A DNA stretch of 64,000 bases from Mycolicibacterium neoaurum (lineage in GTDB: Bacteria > Actinomycetota > Actinomycetes > Mycobacteriales > Mycobacteriaceae): the NCBI RefSeq assembly GCF_036946495.1, contig NZ_JAQIIX010000001.1, positions 878,697 to 942,696 of the forward strand, given 5' to 3'. The position numbers were made by a program, and so were the translations under genes. Each line of letters begins with the position of its first letter. The first letter of the stretch is position 1. The notes below the pieces were generated by a model. That model worked only from the letters and a program-made list of their open reading frames with translations, did not search any database and had not been told where the DNA came from. Below, piece after piece: positions 28,119 to 36,356 of the stretch.

Positions 28119-29600
28119 ATGACCATCCGCCTCGAGACCCGCCCCGACGCTCTGGAACGACAGATCGCCGACGCCCGCAAGGAAGCCCGCACGCTGCTCG
28201 ACCGCGCCGGCGGTGCCGACCTCACCGGCGCCGAGGCCGAACGCTTCGACGAACTCACCGAGCTCATCGAGGCTGGAAACCGTCAACTGGAGGGCATCGA
28301 TCGCAACTTCGCCGCCATCCGCGACGCTGCGAGCGACCTGCGCTTCTTCCCCGGCAGCACCGGCGGCGGGGACAGCACCCGAGACGACGGTGACCAGCGT
28401 GGCCGAGCAGGTGGTGCACGCCGCCGACACCGCGACCCCTGGGACACCAGCCACCTGACGCGCATGGGTGTGTTCGGCCGCGACGAGGAATCGATCGGCA
28501 AGGAGCTGCACGAACGTGCCCTCGACGCTGTCGAGGACATGCCCCAGGCCACCGACAAGGTCCGGGAAGCGGCAACCCGGTTCATCGAGCGCGACGACCC
28601 CGACCTCGGCAGTCCGACAGCACAGCTGGTGCTGGCCACCACCAGCCCGCAGTACATGCGGTCGTTCATCAAGATCATCCGCGCCAAGGGCAACATGGCA
28701 GCGCTGCGTGCCGAAGACCAGGAGATGCTGGCCCGCGCGATGTCGCTGGTCGACCTCAATGGCGGCTTCGCCGTGCCGTTCCAGCTCGACCCGTCGGTCA
28801 TCCTGACCGCCGACGGTTCGGTGAATCAGGTCCGTGAGATCGCTCGCGTGGTCCAAGCCACAGGCGACGTCTGGCATGGCCTCTCCTCCACTGGGGTGTT
28901 CGGCTCGTGGGACGGTGAAGGCGAAGAGGTCTCCGACGATTCCCCGACGCTGGAACAGCCCGCGATCCCGGTGCACAAGTACCAGGCGTTCGTGCCGCTT
29001 TCGCATGAGCTGCAGATGGACGCCCCCGGGCTGGCCGACGACATCGCCCGAATGCTGGCCGACGACAAGGACACCAAGGAATCCATCGCGCACGTCACCG
29101 GGACAGGCGTGGGCCAGCCGACCGGCATCATCACCGCGCTGGCCGGAACCGCCTCGGTGAGGCCGGCCATCACGGCCGACACCCTGTCCGCTAAGGATGT
29201 GTACGACCTCGATAGCGCGCTGCCGCAGCGCTATGCCGCCAACGGTTCCTGGCTGGCGCACCGCAAGACCTACAACGCCTTGCGCCAGTTCGATCAGGGC
29301 GGCGGCAACGCACTGTGGGGCCAGCTCGCCGACGGCCGCAAGTCCGAGCTGCTCGGCCGACCCAACTACATCGCCGAAGCGATGAAGAGCACCATCGCCG
29401 CCGGCCAGACCAACCACATGTTGGTGTTCGGAAACTTCCGCAACTACGTCATCGCGGATCGTTTGGGCGCCACCATGTCCTACATCCCCCACCTGTTCGG
29501 CCCCAACGGGCGACCCAACGGCAAGGCCGGCTGGCACGCCTGGTTCCGCAGCGGCGCGGACAGCGTGAACGACGCAGCCTTCCGCGTCCTGGACTGCTAA
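28119..29600 (+). CDS. HK97-family phage major capsid protein
   Basis: 493 aa. It has an N-terminal coiled-coil delta-like region, then LNGGFAVPFQLDPSVILT, WDGEGEEVSD..P.L.QP.IPVHKYQAFVPLSHEL, GTGVGQPTGI, LLGRPNYIAEAM and GNFRNYVIADRLG, which are typical HK97-fold capsid signatures. Confidence 0.9.
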   Translation: MTIRLETRPDALERQIADARKEARTLLDRAGGADLTGAEAERFDELTELIEAGNRQLEGIDRNFAAIRDAASDLRFFPGSTGGGDSTRDDGDQRGRAGGARRRHRDPWDTSHLTRMGVFGRDEESIGKELHERALDAVEDMPQATDKVREAATRFIERDDPDLGSPTAQLVLATTSPQYMRSFIKIIRAKGNMAALRAEDQEMLARAMSLVDLNGGFAVPFQLDPSVILTADGSVNQVREIARVVQATGDVWHGLSSTGVFGSWDGEGEEVSDDSPTLEQPAIPVHKYQAFVPLSHELQMDAPGLADDIARMLADDKDTKESIAHVTGTGVGQPTGIITALAGTASVRPAITADTLSAKDVYDLDSALPQRYAANGSWLAHRKTYNALRQFDQGGGNALWGQLADGRKSELLGRPNYIAEAMKSTIAAGQTNHMLVFGNFRNYVIADRLGATMSYIPHLFGPNGRPNGKAGWHAWFRSGADSVNDAAFRVLDC

Positions 29601-29619
29601 CGGCCGCAACGGGTGTCAC

Positions 29620-29648
29620 GGTGGGGGTGCGTCTGGCGCACCCCCACC
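29620..29648 (+). terminator. strong GC hairpin after the capsid gene
   Basis: GGTGGGGGTGCG-tctgg-CGCACCCCCACC forms a perfect 12-bp stem (13 bp with the flanking C/G), 20 nt after the capsid stop. Confidence 0.6.
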
Positions 29649-29700
29649 GACAGGGCACCGAGTGACTTGTCAGCCATCGAGCCGATAGAAGGTAGCGATC

Positions 29701-32700
29701 TTGGCGATCCATGTGGACGTCTTCACCCGGCTCAACGAGCGGCGGGTGCGCCAGGACGCCAGGGCCCTTGTCGATGAGTTCGATAGCGCGGGCGAGCGTG
29801 CCGGTAAGAACTTCGGGGAGAACCTTTCCGCGGGCATCGAACGCTCCGGCCCGCGAGTCGAACGATCGGCAGCCCGGATGGAGAAGGCCACCGACAAGGT
29901 GGCCGACTCGATGGGCCGGGTCAATGTCGAGATGGCGAAATATGCGGAGCTGCAGAAGAAATCGACCGCGACTGACCGACAGAAGATCCAGCAGTCGGAA
30001 GCCCTGGCTCGGGCCCAGCGGGCGCACGCCGCCGCGGTGCGCGATGCAACCCGTGCCATGATGCGTTCCAACGAGGAATCTGACCGCACCGTCTCACGCA
30101 TGGCCACCCTCAACACCAGCCTGAGCTTGATGGGCAAGGGTAGCGGTGCGCTGGCCATCGGTGCGCTGGCCCCCACGCTCGCCGTCGCAGCTGGTGCCGC
30201 GGCCACCGCCGCCGGTGCAATAGCGCTGCTGCCCGGTGCGATCGGCGGGGCTGTCGCCGCGTTCGGGGCCCTCAAGATCGCCACCCTCGGGTTCGGCGAC
30301 GCGATGAGCAACCTGCGCGACCCGGAGAAGTTCGCCGAGTCACTGCAGTCGCTGTCCCCGAATGCCCAGCAAGCAGCGCTGTCGATCCGATCGTTGATGC
30401 CCGCCTTCGACTCGCTGAAGAACACGACTCAGGACGCCCTGTTCGATGGGATATCGGGCCAAATCCAGTCACTGTCAACATCATTGATGCCGACCGTGCA
30501 GCGTGTCACCGTCGGCGTCGCGGGTGCGTTCAATGAGATTTTCATGGGCGTCACCAGTCAGCTGATGTCCCCGGATACCTTCGCTTCGCTGGACAACCTC
30601 GCCGATAACGTGGTGAGCGCGTTCGACAAGCTGGCACCGGCCGCGGCCCCTTTCACCGCAGCCATGACCGACATCATGAGCGTCGGCTCGGAGTTCCTGC
30701 CCGGCATGGCCGACGCGGTCAGCGCCGCCGCGCAGAAGTTCGCCGCGTTCATCAGCGAAGGGATGCGCACCGGCGAGCTGAAACAACACATGGCTGACGC
30801 GTTGGCCGTGGCCAAGGAGATCGGCAGAGCCATCATCGCGGTGGGCAACGCATTCGTCTCCCTGGGGCCGGCCGCCCGTGAGGTGCTGCCCGTCCTGGTC
30901 GACGGTCTGGACTCCGTGTCGAAGCTGCTGCGCGAACACCCCAACCTGATCTGGGGCGTGGTCGGCGCGTTCACAGCATGGAAGACCATCCAGGGCGTCG
31001 CCGCACTGACCTCGTCACTACAGACCATCAGCACCCTGCTCAGCACCGGCCTGCCCGCCGCCGCCGGCAAGGGCGCTGGCGGGATCACCGCCGCACTGGC
31101 CAAGATCAAGATGCCGCCCTGGCTGCTGACGATCGGCAAATGGGCTCCGCTGGCCGGTGTGGGCCTGAACTCCGACGTCCGCACCCCTGGCGAGGTCGGG
31201 CTGCCCGCAGTCCAATATGACGACCAGGGGCGCCCCTACCTGCCCGGCACTGCGTATGACCCAGGCCTCAACCGCACCGGCGGCAGCTTCGGACCCGGCG
31301 CCGACCAGTTCCAACCCCACCCCGGGCGTGCACCCTTCGGGACTGGCCTGACCAACGGACGCCCGCACAACGCCCCCGAGACACCGCTGTTCGACGTGCC
31401 AGTACCCACGGGCACCAACAGCGGCCCGCGACTGCCCGACGCGCCCGTGCTGCCCTACACAGCCAATCGCAGCACCGCGCCCACCGCGGCGCTGTTCTCC
31501 GCCGAGAACGCCGTCTACGACGCCCGCCACGACCTCGAGGAGAAGCGCGCCCGACTCACCCAGCTCCAGTCCACCAACACCGCGACAGACAGCGACATCC
31601 AGGACGCCCGCAACGACGTGGCCAAGGCAGAAGAAGACGAGCACGAAGCTCAGCTGCGATTGAACGAAGCACGACTGTCGGCCACCCGCGCGGGAATCAA
31701 CCAGCTCAACTCCGCTGCCAACCAGCTGGGCGATATCGGCGCGAAACTGGACCAGGACTTCGGCCTGTCGCGTGGTCTGCCTGGGCTTGCGGAGAACCTG
31801 ATCAAGTTCGTCGCCAATCTTGCTGCCGCTGGCCCGATGGCACAGCTCGGCGCCATCGCGGCCGCCTCCCCGTCCCAGGGTGGCTACGGCGCAATGGGGG
31901 TCCTCGGTGCCCAGGGCGCGTTCGGCGATCGATTCACCGGCATCGACCCCCAGCGCATGTACGGCGGATACGGGCCGTCGGGGATCGGCCCGGCCGCGCT
32001 CGGCGGCGGCATGGGATACGGGGCCTACCCCGGGGACGCCGCGCTGCTGGCCAACGTGCCGTCCGGCCGCTACACCCAGGAAGAACGCGGCGATCTCACC
32101 CAGGGTCTGGCCGACTGCTCCAGCGCCGTCGAAGACCTCGTCAACATGCTGGACGGGCGGCCCACCGGTGGGGCGTCGATGACGACGCACAACGCTCACG
32201 AGTGGCTGCAGTCCCGCGGGTTCCGGCCCGGTATGGGCGGACCGGGTGACATGCGTGTCGGGTTCAACCCCGACCACATGCAGGCAACACTGCCCGGCGG
32301 AACGCCCTTCAACTGGGGGTCGAAGGAGGCAGCGGCCCGCGGTGGTGTCGGCGGTACCGGTGCATACGACCCGTCGTTCACGTCGCACTACTACCGGCCG
32401 GCCACCGGCGGCGTGCCGTCACTGACTACCAGCCCGTCGTTGGCGCCGAGCCCGTCACTGTCCACCAGCGGTGTGCCGTCCTCGGCCGCGCTCAACAGCG
32501 ACCCCTCGCTGACCAACCCCGCCCTCACCCCGGCGGTCCTGCCGCCACTCGGGTCGGTGCCCAGCAGCGGCGGCCCATTCAGCACCGGAATGCCGCAGGC
32601 TGCGTTCTTCGGCGGCCCGGGAGGCCCTGGCGCGGGTGCCACACCGATCGGTGGGCTCGCCCCGCCCGGGGGCTCCGGCGGTGGCGGCGCGGTCGGACTC

Positions 32701-33144
32701 ACCGGCGGCGGCGCGATCGGTCTCGGCATGCAGGCCGGCGGTATGGCCCTCGACGTCATGGCGCCAGGCGCCGGACAGGCTGCGCAAACCGCAATCAAGC
32801 TCGGCTCTCGCGCCATCGAGTTCGGATCCCAAGCCGGCAGCATCGGTGTCAGCGGCGTCATGGAAACCCTGCTGCCCACCGGCGGATCGGAGCTGGCCAA
32901 CAACAACTGGGCCACCAAGCTCCTCGGCGGGCTAGCAGGCATGGGCCCAGCACTGCCGAACACCGCCGGCGGGAAGTCCGCCGGCCAGCTGGGCGGCCAA
33001 CCCGCGCAAAGCGACCAGAACGCACCGAACGAGACGAACAACAACTACGACGTCAAAATCGACGCTGCCGCAAGGGATTCCGGAGGACTCATGCGCGACT
33101 TCGAGTACCACACCACCGCGGCCGCAGCCGCCCCCGGAATGTAA
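29701..33144 (+). CDS. tape-measure-like protein with embedded Cys/His peptidase-like segment
   Basis: 1147 aa. It has N-terminal coiled-coil-type sequence, Gly/Ala-rich hydrophobic segments (GALAIGALAPTLAVAAGAAATAAGAIALLPGAIGG) and long low-complexity Gly/Pro regions. There is an LADCSSAVEDLV...NPDHMQATL segment. The overall layout matches actinophage tape-measure proteins. Confidence 0.7.
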   Translation: MAIHVDVFTRLNERRVRQDARALVDEFDSAGERAGKNFGENLSAGIERSGPRVERSAARMEKATDKVADSMGRVNVEMAKYAELQKKSTATDRQKIQQSEALARAQRAHAAAVRDATRAMMRSNEESDRTVSRMATLNTSLSLMGKGSGALAIGALAPTLAVAAGAAATAAGAIALLPGAIGGAVAAFGALKIATLGFGDAMSNLRDPEKFAESLQSLSPNAQQAALSIRSLMPAFDSLKNTTQDALFDGISGQIQSLSTSLMPTVQRVTVGVAGAFNEIFMGVTSQLMSPDTFASLDNLADNVVSAFDKLAPAAAPFTAAMTDIMSVGSEFLPGMADAVSAAAQKFAAFISEGMRTGELKQHMADALAVAKEIGRAIIAVGNAFVSLGPAAREVLPVLVDGLDSVSKLLREHPNLIWGVVGAFTAWKTIQGVAALTSSLQTISTLLSTGLPAAAGKGAGGITAALAKIKMPPWLLTIGKWAPLAGVGLNSDVRTPGEVGLPAVQYDDQGRPYLPGTAYDPGLNRTGGSFGPGADQFQPHPGRAPFGTGLTNGRPHNAPETPLFDVPVPTGTNSGPRLPDAPVLPYTANRSTAPTAALFSAENAVYDARHDLEEKRARLTQLQSTNTATDSDIQDARNDVAKAEEDEHEAQLRLNEARLSATRAGINQLNSAANQLGDIGAKLDQDFGLSRGLPGLAENLIKFVANLAAAGPMAQLGAIAAASPSQGGYGAMGVLGAQGAFGDRFTGIDPQRMYGGYGPSGIGPAALGGGMGYGAYPGDAALLANVPSGRYTQEERGDLTQGLADCSSAVEDLVNMLDGRPTGGASMTTHNAHEWLQSRGFRPGMGGPGDMRVGFNPDHMQATLPGGTPFNWGSKEAAARGGVGGTGAYDPSFTSHYYRPATGGVPSLTTSPSLAPSPSLSTSGVPSSAALNSDPSLTNPALTPAVLPPLGSVPSSGGPFSTGMPQAAFFGGPGGPGAGATPIGGLAPPGGSGGGGAVGLTGGGAIGLGMQAGGMALDVMAPGAGQAAQTAIKLGSRAIEFGSQAGSIGVSGVMETLLPTGGSELANNNWATKLLGGLAGMGPALPNTAGGKSAGQLGGQPAQSDQNAPNETNNNYDVKIDAAARDSGGLMRDFEYHTTAAAAAPGM

Positions 33145-33157
33145 GGCAATCGATCTC

Positions 33158-33634
33158 ATGACAGACCCCGTGACCACTTCACCCGTCGACGAGCAGCGGG
33201 CATCCGCACTGCTCTCACACCTTGCATCGGCCGATCAGCAAGGCGCCGCATTCATCGTCAACCAATCCGCGGCCGACGGCAGGCACACAGCGCTACTCGC
33301 AGCCATCGCCGACACCGGCGGCAAACTGATGGCGGCACTGCGCACCGACACAGGCATCGAAGCCGCGGTATCCATGGTCCAAGCCTGGGTAGAACAGGAC
33401 GAATCGCCAGATCACCGGCGTGCGGGCGGCATCATCGCCTGCCGATTCCAGTTCGAGCACGCCCACTTCCTCGGCCACATCGCCGACGCAGCAGCGGCTG
33501 GCCGTCTCGACGAACTCGTCCTGACCACCGCGCAGTGCTACCTGGCGCTCATGCCAGAACTGCATGCCCCGAAAGGGCGAGCCACCCTGGCGCAAATGGC
33601 AGCCGCTCTATCCAGCGAGTCCCCAGACCGATGA
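33158..33634 (+). CDS. hypothetical protein, paralogue of 26353..26844
   Basis: 158 aa with full-length similarity to the 26353..26844 product. It is followed by a terminator hairpin. Confidence 0.6.
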   Translation: MTDPVTTSPVDEQRASALLSHLASADQQGAAFIVNQSAADGRHTALLAAIADTGGKLMAALRTDTGIEAAVSMVQAWVEQDESPDHRRAGGIIACRFQFEHAHFLGHIADAAAAGRLDELVLTTAQCYLALMPELHAPKGRATLAQMAAALSSESPDR

Positions 33635-33653
33635 GCTCAAGCCCCCGGCAACC

Positions 33654-33678
33654 GGGGTGTCCGCCGAACGGACACCCC
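33654..33678 (+). terminator. hairpin terminator
   Basis: GGGGTGTCCG-ccgaa-CGGACACCCC forms a perfect 10-bp stem, 20 nt after the stop at 33634. Confidence 0.55.
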
Positions 33679-33885
33679 CGCACTAGTTTGCTGATGCACA
33701 CCCGGAGTTTGCTGGAGCGGGCCGCCCGCCCGGGGGGTACCTCAAAGATCGTGGGAAACGCCCAGGCGGCAAGACCCGTCGGGGGCAGTCGTCTTTCGCG
33801 GAGAGTCGCTGACCTGCACATGTGCACTCCCACTTGGGGCGTCAACGGTTTGCTACGTGTTTGCTGGATTGGTTGCTGATGCGGT

Positions 33886-34386
33886 ATGGCGAAGGCTCAT
33901 AATCGCACGACCTACAACCAAGGTTGCCGCTGTGACGTGTGCGTACAGGCGAACTCCGACTACCGCAAGCAACGCCGCATGCAGAAGAACGGCGAAGTTG
34001 CTGAACGGAAACCGAAGCGGCTGGCCGTGGTCAAAAATGTGCAACCCGATGTGCACACAAAAGTGCACATTCCCGGCGAGCCCACACCGGACCCGCCAGA
34101 GCCCGGCGAATGGTCCGTCGAGGCCGAAGTCCGCGCCCAGCTGGCCGAGCTTTCCGCCACCACCACACGCCGCGGCGAAGTTGCTGCAGCGATCGCGATG
34201 GCCCGCCTCCTGGACAACCCACGCGCGATCGCGCAGCACCCCGCCGCCACAGGCCGCCTTGTCGAGATCATCGAACGTCTACGTAAGGGCTCCGATCGGA
34301 AAACCGGCAAGCTCGCAGCTGTTCGCAAGATGACCCGCGGCACGGACGGCGCACCTAACGTTGATGGCCATGGGCAAGCACAGTAG
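33886..34386 (+). CDS. basic protein with N-terminal Y-x2-G-CRC-x2-C motif (DNA-binding or possibly small-terminase-like)
   Basis: 166 aa. The N-terminus is MAKAHNRTTYNQGCRCDVCVQANSDYRKQRRMQKNG, and the C-terminal half is helical (LLDNPRAIAQHPAATGRLVEIIERLRK). Clustered GTTTGCT repeats precede the gene. Confidence 0.55.
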   Translation: MAKAHNRTTYNQGCRCDVCVQANSDYRKQRRMQKNGEVAERKPKRLAVVKNVQPDVHTKVHIPGEPTPDPPEPGEWSVEAEVRAQLAELSATTTRRGEVAAAIAMARLLDNPRAIAQHPAATGRLVEIIERLRKGSDRKTGKLAAVRKMTRGTDGAPNVDGHGQAQ

Positions 34387-34636
34387 ACGCCGGGCCGCGG
34401 CCGGCCTGGATCCGCTGGTGCCGCTCGCCGGCGGCGACCAGGCGTTCGAGCTCGTCGACGATGGCCCCGTGCTGGCCGGCACGCTGCGCCAGCTCGCCGG
34501 CAGAATCATCGACTGCAACGACTGGGCACACATCCGGCTGAACGCGCAGATCATGGACACCCCCGCGGCTCGCGCCCAGGTCCCCAACGCCGCCGCCACG
34601 CTGCGCCAGTACTTCGACCGCTACCACCCCGCATGA
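34364..34636 (+). CDS. hypothetical protein
   Basis: About 90 aa in a frame with strong GC3 bias. The antisense ORF 34355..34627 is Gly/Arg/Val-rich and looks like an artefact. The start is TTG at 34361, or ATG at 34364 or 34370. Confidence 0.5.
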   Translation: MAMGKHSRRRAAAGLDPLVPLAGGDQAFELVDDGPVLAGTLRQLAGRIIDCNDWAHIRLNAQIMDTPAARAQVPNAAATLRQYFDRYHPA

Positions 34637-34641
34637 TGCGT

Positions 34642-34830
34642 TCAGAAGCCCCGCTTGATCTGCCTTATCACCTGGGCCAGGTTGCCGTCTTCACGGTCGA
34701 GTTCCTCGATTGCGCGCGCAAGGCTTTCCATCCCCTCGGCTAGCGCAATCACCGCTGGGTCGCCTGACGATTGCATGGCCTGCCTGGCTTTCGCGCCCGC
34801 TTGACGGGCGTGGTTGGCCGTGTTGCTCAA
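34642..34830 (-). CDS. small helical protein, unknown (last gene of the reverse cargo operon)
   Basis: 62 aa, MSNTANHARQAGAKARQAMQSS...LARAIEELDREDGNLAQVIRQIKRGF. It lies 25 nt after the upstream gene, and local GC is lower. Confidence 0.5.
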   Translation of the reverse strand: MSNTANHARQAGAKARQAMQSSGDPAVIALAEGMESLARAIEELDREDGNLAQVIRQIKRGF

Positions 34831-34855
34831 CGTTTGATCTCCTTGATAATTAGAG

Positions 34856-35389
34856 TCAGTACTCGTCGCGAGGGATGTCTGTTAGCCGGCTCGGCACCGC
34901 TTCGACCACGCCGATGCCGTCATACTCAGGCTCGGGTCGCCTGACTCGGAACGGTGCGTGGTACGCCACGCGACGTAGGTCTTTCATGCCGCTATGCACC
35001 AATTGGACTGCAGTAGTGGCGTGCCGGCCTTCGTCTCGTTTGGCATGCATCGCGTCGCGATACATGATGACGTTGGCCATTCGTTGTTGGACTACGTTCG
35101 CCGCGCGGCGGACATCAGGATCAGGGTGCCCGTAAGCAAGCCAGTTGAGGTTCGGCTCGATCTCTTTCTGCAGCTTGTCCTGCAGCTCCATCGCTCGGTT
35201 CCAGCTCTCCTTCTGCTGCTCGTCGGTGAACTCGCGGTCGAACACGCTGGAGGCGAACAGTGTGACCTCCCTGAAGAGCTCCCGCATCCAGTACCGGTCA
35301 ATCTCCGCAACGACCCCAATCGTCCTCTCATGCAGCTGGCGAACAAACGCCCTGTATTCGCTGTCCAGGACGTCATCAATCTCGCTCAT
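34856..35389 (-). CDS. hypothetical protein, no recognisable family
   Basis: 177 aa, predicted mostly helical, with an ATG start. It begins 12 nt after the upstream gene's stop. Confidence 0.6.
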   Translation of the reverse strand: MSEIDDVLDSEYRAFVRQLHERTIGVVAEIDRYWMRELFREVTLFASSVFDREFTDEQQKESWNRAMELQDKLQKEIEPNLNWLAYGHPDPDVRRAANVVQQRMANVIMYRDAMHAKRDEGRHATTAVQLVHSGMKDLRRVAYHAPFRVRRPEPEYDGIGVVEAVPSRLTDIPRDEY

Positions 35390-35401
35390 ATCCCCTACCT
35401 T

Positions 35402-35887
35402 TCAACTACTGATGATGGTGCCCCCGGCACCACCGAGAGCGGTGATAGCCACCTGCGAGCCGAATCCACCGAGCCATAACGCAGCTCGTTTGAACTTGCT
35501 CCGCTCCTCTTCGTCTCGGTGCTCGTCTGCGCCAGCCGTTTCCAACGCGCACACGAGCCGGTCGAGGAGTGCCTCAGGGGTCGGCCATGCGCCTGCCACC
35601 CGAAGTGCGGCACCGGTCGGTGCACCGACGTACCAAAGCTCACCACTGGCAGCCGCCATCTTGCCCTTCTCATCGAGGTAGGGCTCGGCATAGAGTGCGC
35701 GCAACGCCCGTTGGACGTCGTTCTTGTCCATGCCGGTTCGCCGGTAAATGCTCCCAGCATCGATGCTGGTCTCGCCCGACTCGATGAAGATCTCCACGAC
35801 CGCTTTCAACACCGGCAGGTCGCGGCTCTCCCACGTCTCACGCATCATGCCTGCGACGCTACTGGCAGCCACCGACGTGCAAGCCAA
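35402..35887 (-). CDS. winged-helix-like protein with Gly-rich hydrophobic C-terminal tail
   Basis: The N-part (LPVLKAVVEIFIESGETSIDAGSIYRRTGMDKNDVQRALRALYAEPYL) looks wHTH-like. The C-terminus AALWLGGFGSQVAITALGGAGGTIISS looks like a membrane or glycine-zipper segment. The likelier start is the ATG pair at 35848/35845. Confidence 0.55.
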   Translation of the reverse strand: MACTSVAASSVAGMMRETWESRDLPVLKAVVEIFIESGETSIDAGSIYRRTGMDKNDVQRALRALYAEPYLDEKGKMAAASGELWYVGAPTGAALRVAGAWPTPEALLDRLVCALETAGADEHRDEEERSKFKRAALWLGGFGSQVAITALGGAGGTIISS

Positions 35888-35945
35888 ACCAACGGCGGTC
35901 TCACCCGATCGGCCGACATACTCATCATGCCGTCAGCCCATGTCG

Positions 35946-36356
35946 CTACAGTGGCAAGTCAGTCAGCGCAGTCCCGCGCTCGCCCCCGAGGTGATCGGTC
36001 CACGTGATCTCGATCCTGGGCGGGTTTGACCGTGCGCCCATGGCCACTTTGAACGGCGCAGCCACGTAGTCGCCTTGCTGCATTTCAGCCCGCTTTGCGG
36101 ACCAGTCACGACGGGCGATGGTCCCGCCGACCGCCGCGCCCTTCAGACGCATCTCTACGCGGGTAACCGCATGCCCGGTGTTGTTCGCGATGACCAGCAG
36201 AGATCCGCGATCTCGCCGCACTGTCCACTCGTCCACTTGGTGTAACCTTCCTGACCACAATATGCCCACAATTTGCCCGCAGTTACAGATATCTGACGGT
36301 ATGTCTGAATACCTAAAGTTGCTGGTGAAAGACCGTGCATCCCGCTGAACTGGCAC
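35946..36356 (-). CDS. hypothetical protein (first gene of the reverse cargo operon)
   Basis: 136-aa ORF whose C-terminal about 100 aa look beta-rich. The 5' end overlaps the arm-type repeat and the tRNA-like remnant, so the real start may be GTG at 36268. Confidence 0.45.
   Translation of the reverse strand: MPVQRDARSFTSNFRYSDIPSDICNCGQIVGILWSGRLHQVDEWTVRRDRGSLLVIANNTGHAVTRVEMRLKGAAVGGTIARRDWSAKRAEMQQGDYVAAPFKVAMGARSNPPRIEITWTDHLGGERGTALTDLPL
36262..36277 (+). repeat. 16-bp repeat TGCCCACAATTTGCCC (candidate integrase arm-type site, P side)
   Basis: Identical to 20947-20962. It is preceded by a related ACCACAAT. Confidence 0.6.

Noticed and set aside
28083-32388. 508-aa (28083-29609) and 456-aa (31018-32388) minus-strand ORFs opposite the capsid and tape-measure-like genes
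   Set aside because: They are antisense to genes with clear HK97 capsid and tape-measure features. Their composition is Gly/Arg/Val/Ala-rich and they have no motifs.
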